From: Candidatus Methylomirabilia bacterium
Lineage (GTDB): Bacteria; Methylomirabilota; Methylomirabilia; Rokubacteriales; CSP1-6
Direction: 5' to 3'
Assembly (NCBI GenBank): GCA_041497895.1
Contig: JBGQHJ010000030.1
Span: 1 to 37,921 of the forward strand
Length of the DNA: 37,921 nt
Below the pieces are notes generated by a model. It searched no databases and was not told the DNA's origin. It saw only the letters and a list, made by a program, of their open reading frames with translations. Below, piece after piece: positions 35,401 through 37,921 of this stretch. Numbering within the stretch: position 1 is the stretch's first letter; every line of letters begins with the position of its first letter. Both the position numbers and the translations under genes were made by a program.

Positions 35401-37921
35401 GCGCGGGTGCTGGAGCTGGTCGCCACTCACGCCCGGGAGACGCTCGAGATGCCGGATCTCGCCATCTGGCTCCGGGACGGCGACAGCGATCTCATGCGGT
35501 TCGCGGTCGGGCAGGGGCAGTTCTCGGAGCCGCTGTCCGCCCGCGCCCGCCCGCTCCGGATGGACGAGGGCGTGGTGGGACGCGCGCTGGTCGAGCGGAG
35601 CCCGGTGTGGACCACCGACGTGCTCGCGGACGCGCGGATCCGGCTGAGCCCCGAGTCCCGCCGCTGGATCGAGGAGGTGGGAGGCCGGGCGATCCTGGCG
35701 GTCCCGCTGGTGCGGGAGCACCTCCAGGGCGCGCTGGTGGCGTACCGCGCGGCCGGCGAGCGGTTCACCGAGCGCGAGGTCGAGTACCTGTCGGTCTTCG
35801 CCAACCAGCTCGCGGCCGCGCTCGAGAACGCGCGCCTCTACGAGGCCCTCGACGCGCGGGCGGCGCGGCTGCGCAGCCTCACCCGCCTGGCCCACATCGT
35901 GTCCTCCTCCCTCGACATGGACGAGGTGCTCCAGGCGATCGCGGAGGCGGCCGCGGAGCTGATCGCGGTGCCGATGGCGATCTTCTGGGTCGTGGACGAG
36001 GCGGCCCAGAGCCTCACCGTGCGCACCGTCTCCGACCGGCTCGGTCTGGGCCTGCCGTACCAGCAGGTGCCCTTCGGCGCGAGCGCGGCCGGCTGGGTGG
36101 CCCTGCACCGCGAGCCGCTCGAGATCGCCGACGTGCAGCAGGACGCCCGCTTCGCGGGCAAGGAGTGGGCGGCCAGCCGCGGGCTGCCGAGCCTCCTCGC
36201 GGTGCCGATCATCGTCCAGGACTCGCTGCTGGGCGTGCTCACCTTGAACGGGCGCGGCCCGATCCGGCTGGGCCCCGACGACCAGCAGATCCTCGACAGC
36301 TTCGTGGCCCAGGCGGGCGTGGCGATCCGCAATGCGGGCCTCTACGGGGAGACGCGGGGACGTCTCGAGCAGAGCCGCGCGCTCCTCGAGATCGCCGAGA
36401 TCCTGAACTCGACGCTCGACTCCAAGCGCATCCTCCGCCACGTCGCGATCAAGATCGCCCAGCTCTGCCGGGTGGACCGCTGCTCGATCCAGCGCTGGGA
36501 GGACGGCCGGGTGGTGCCGCTCATGTCCCAGTACGCGGACGGCCGCCAGGACCCGGCGCGCTGGGAGGAGTTCCGGCGCCTGGCCTCCACGCTGCCGATG
36601 GACCCGCCGCTGCATTCGCGCACGGTGCAGACGCGCCGGCCGGTGATCGTGCCCGACGCGACCACCAGTGACCTGGTGCCGCGGTCGTGGGTCGAGGCAT
36701 TCGGGGTCAAGGCGACCGTCGCGGTGCCGCTGATCCGCCAGGACGAGGTCATCGGGGTCATGATCCTCGACCACACCGACCGCCCCACCGCGTTCGAGGA
36801 CTGGCAGGTGGACCTGGCGATGGCCATCGCGGGACAGCTCGCGCTGTCGCTGACCAACGCCGGCCTCTATACCGAGGTGCAGGAGCGCCTGCGCGAGACG
36901 ACCGCGCTACTCGCGGTCGGGCGCGCGCTCTCGCAGCCCGATTCGCCCCAGAACGTGATGCGGGCGGTGGCGCGCGAGGTCGGGGAAGCGTTCGGGGCCG
37001 ACATGGTGGCCATCCACACCCTCGACGGCAAGCGCGAGGCGCTGGTACCGCTCGCCGGCTACCACGTGCCCAAGGACCTGGTCGAGCACTTCGCCGCGCG
37101 CCGCTTCGTCCTGTCGCGCTTCCCGGCGCTGACCCACGTGTGGCGCGACGGCCGGGCCGCCTGGACCGGGGACGCCCACGCCGATTCACGCTTCGACACC
37201 GCCTCGCTCGAGGGGATCCCGCCGCACTCCGTGCTGCTCGCGCCCACTACCGTGCGCGGCGAGCCGGTCGGCGCCATCTTCCTGGTATGGTGGCAAACCG
37301 GCCGCGAGTTCTCCGACTCCGAGGTGCGCCTGGTCGAGGGCGTGGCCGCCCAGGTCGGCCTGGGCATGGAGAACGCCGACCTGGTCCGGAAGACCGAGCA
37401 GAAGCTACAGGAGACCGAGACCCTCCTGTCGGTGAGCCAGGCTCTCGCCTCCACGCTCGACCTGGACGCGCTCACCCGCCAGTTCCTGCGTCACGTGGCG
37501 CACGGCCTCGCCGCCGACACCGCGGGAGTATGGCTCCTCGAGGACAACGGGGAGTGGATGGCTCCGTTTGCGGGCTACCACGTCCCCCCCGGGCCGCTCG
37601 CGGCGCTCCGGGACGTGCGCATCCGCCTCCGCGAGGACGCGTTCTTCGGCGAGGCGGCCCGGCGGCACGGTTCGGTGATCTCCACCGACGCGGCCAACGA
37701 CGTCCGGGTCCCGGAAGCGATGCGGCGGGCGGCGCCGCTCCGCACCCTGCTCTTCGTGCCGATCGTGGCCCAGGAGCAGCTGATCGGTGGCTTCGTGGCC
37801 GGCTGGTGGCACGAGGCCCGTGACCTGAGCGAGGCCGAGCTGCGACTGATGGAGGCGGTCGCGAGCCAGGCCGGCGTGGCGCTCCAGAACGCGCGCCTCT
37901 TCCAGGACAACCAGCGCCGGG
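32410..37921 (+). CDS. Giant membrane-bound sensor: TM, extracytoplasmic Cache-like domain, TM, at least nine tandem GAF domains; output domain outside the window
   Basis: Not in the ORF track because there is no stop in the window. Frame +1 is open from GTG 32410 to the end (1837 codons). TM1 FVVPFLVLVVPLGILAGLGFL, TM2 FLALVAGGVVVLGGVVLAFL. GAF-terminal motifs AVERARL, ALENARLF, ALDNARLF, AIDHSRLY, ALENARLY, AIRNAGLY, SLTNAGLY, GMENADL, ALQNARLF recur every 489-525 nt. Confidence 0.93.
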   Translation, partial: MGRFTRHFVVPFLVLVVPLGILAGLGFLSAERQLARTREDAIGRTVDAVTALVADYQQALERETLLLARDPAVVEGTAKGDWAILARGASPRVLAVTQDGLADFIAIRDGRGAPLVQVPAGPPPSLPGMPPSREPTSALRLAGGRPYFLVVAPISGATERAPFGATGTVVAGRRLDGLATSLDRLPARPAVLFLAGDRALAASRPDLPTAGWAPAVGSGGLTVAGEPWALRRLETSLASSSDGALWVALSVRDFGRAERRLLYEFLALVAGGVVVLGGVVLAFLPPAPRARPPGAPRAESPRVALERRNRELEALNAVSATIGRGADLETTAAETLEVVRGLANMDVGGVYRVDTAAGELVMVAHSGFDPRYVERFRVRPLDGSRIGDAVRTGDILVTHLDTTPPPEEELRQMAAERAHRTQLAIPIPVEKQTWGVMALVSREQREFSAEEMTILSSVAQQVGLAVERARLRDMAAARLSRLEAQRVIERHISEQLDTEELLVVIARSAQRLIGGGYAALYMLEGDTLRPRAWSDIGDWIRDLRFKTGTGVAGTTMLSRRGVMVNDYPNSPSAMAEFVPFTSRLLAAPLMAGGRALGVMTAGRGPGAEPFTEEDFSTLTDFATQAAVALENARLFDEATRNAAQYQALLEVSGVVSSTLEVDRVLDLVVDRCQALLGVAALGVSRLDRASGLLIYERGRGLSGEFLSTLQVRLGEGTTGGAAERREPVWTDDILHDPAVTLTPATREIVEREGYRAVLSVPLLSKGEVLGAMAAYWWEPHTPSASEISVMSALGGQAAVALDNARLFAQERDRKASLSSLLELNKKIGALVAPETLLASIAEEAARLLELDNAGFRLLDGDDLVVAGVFGTAAETMLRPRLRAGESMSGKVLSTGQAFMCEIEDSDVFPEHRAASRRLGYTHYLGVPLLVGARSIGVLTFRARRPFTAREQELAETFAGQAAIAIDHSRLYREASEQAERMRAVAELGRVLVSTLDEARVLELVATHARETLEMPDLAIWLRDGDSDLMRFAVGQGQFSEPLSARARPLRMDEGVVGRALVERSPVWTTDVLADARIRLSPESRRWIEEVGGRAILAVPLVREHLQGALVAYRAAGERFTEREVEYLSVFANQLAAALENARLYEALDARAARLRSLTRLAHIVSSSLDMDEVLQAIAEAAAELIAVPMAIFWVVDEAAQSLTVRTVSDRLGLGLPYQQVPFGASAAGWVALHREPLEIADVQQDARFAGKEWAASRGLPSLLAVPIIVQDSLLGVLTLNGRGPIRLGPDDQQILDSFVAQAGVAIRNAGLYGETRGRLEQSRALLEIAEILNSTLDSKRILRHVAIKIAQLCRVDRCSIQRWEDGRVVPLMSQYADGRQDPARWEEFRRLASTLPMDPPLHSRTVQTRRPVIVPDATTSDLVPRSWVEAFGVKATVAVPLIRQDEVIGVMILDHTDRPTAFEDWQVDLAMAIAGQLALSLTNAGLYTEVQERLRETTALLAVGRALSQPDSPQNVMRAVAREVGEAFGADMVAIHTLDGKREALVPLAGYHVPKDLVEHFAARRFVLSRFPALTHVWRDGRAAWTGDAHADSRFDTASLEGIPPHSVLLAPTTVRGEPVGAIFLVWWQTGREFSDSEVRLVEGVAAQVGLGMENADLVRKTEQKLQETETLLSVSQALASTLDLDALTRQFLRHVAHGLAADTAGVWLLEDNGEWMAPFAGYHVPPGPLAALRDVRIRLREDAFFGEAARRHGSVISTDAANDVRVPEAMRRAAPLRTLLFVPIVAQEQLIGGFVAGWWHEARDLSEAELRLMEAVASQAGVALQNARLFQDNQRR

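Noticed and set aside
31618..36774. 1718-aa minus-strand ORF
   Set aside because: Antisense shadow of livF and the multi-GAF sensor. The plus frame has clear domain periodicity; this one has none.
32410..37921. Multi-GAF protein as a phytochrome or cyanobacteriochrome
   Set aside because: No PAS-GAF-PHY layout and no DIP/CH bilin-binding motifs were seen in the GAF units.

Overview
Very GC-rich bacterial window from a diderm organism (lipoproteins, Tat substrates, an outer-membrane barrel). Gene style resembles Candidatus Rokubacteria/Methylomirabilota, but that is only an impression. Most long ORFs in the supplied track are off-frame or antisense shadows, and two large real genes are missing from it because they run off the window edges. 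Left to right: (1) an exported caspase-like (peptidase C14) protein with three Ig-like repeats and a Pro/Ala/Thr linker (minus strand, cut by the left edge), divergent from a 7-blade YVTN beta-propeller lipoprotein and a secreted stand-alone FecR-domain protein; (2) small membrane proteins around a candidate sigma54 promoter; (3) a complete Pel exopolysaccharide operon in which pelA and pelB are each split into two genes, headed by an in-frame RsbW-type kinase/STAS fusion that keeps an internal ribosome-binding site; (4) Fe3+/polyamine-type ABC permease, MFS transporter and ABC ATPase; (5) rhodanese, enoyl-CoA hydratase, HAD hydrolase, apt and a small exported protein; (6) 3-hydroxyacyl-CoA and acyl-CoA dehydrogenases with a LivKHMGF-type ABC system; (7) a membrane sensor of at least 1837 aa with at least nine tandem GAF domains, cut by the right edge. 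The best candidate for an undescribed system is the partner-switch-headed, modular Pel locus. No rRNA, tRNA, CRISPR array or mobile element was recognised. All calls come from reading motifs by eye; no database searches were run.
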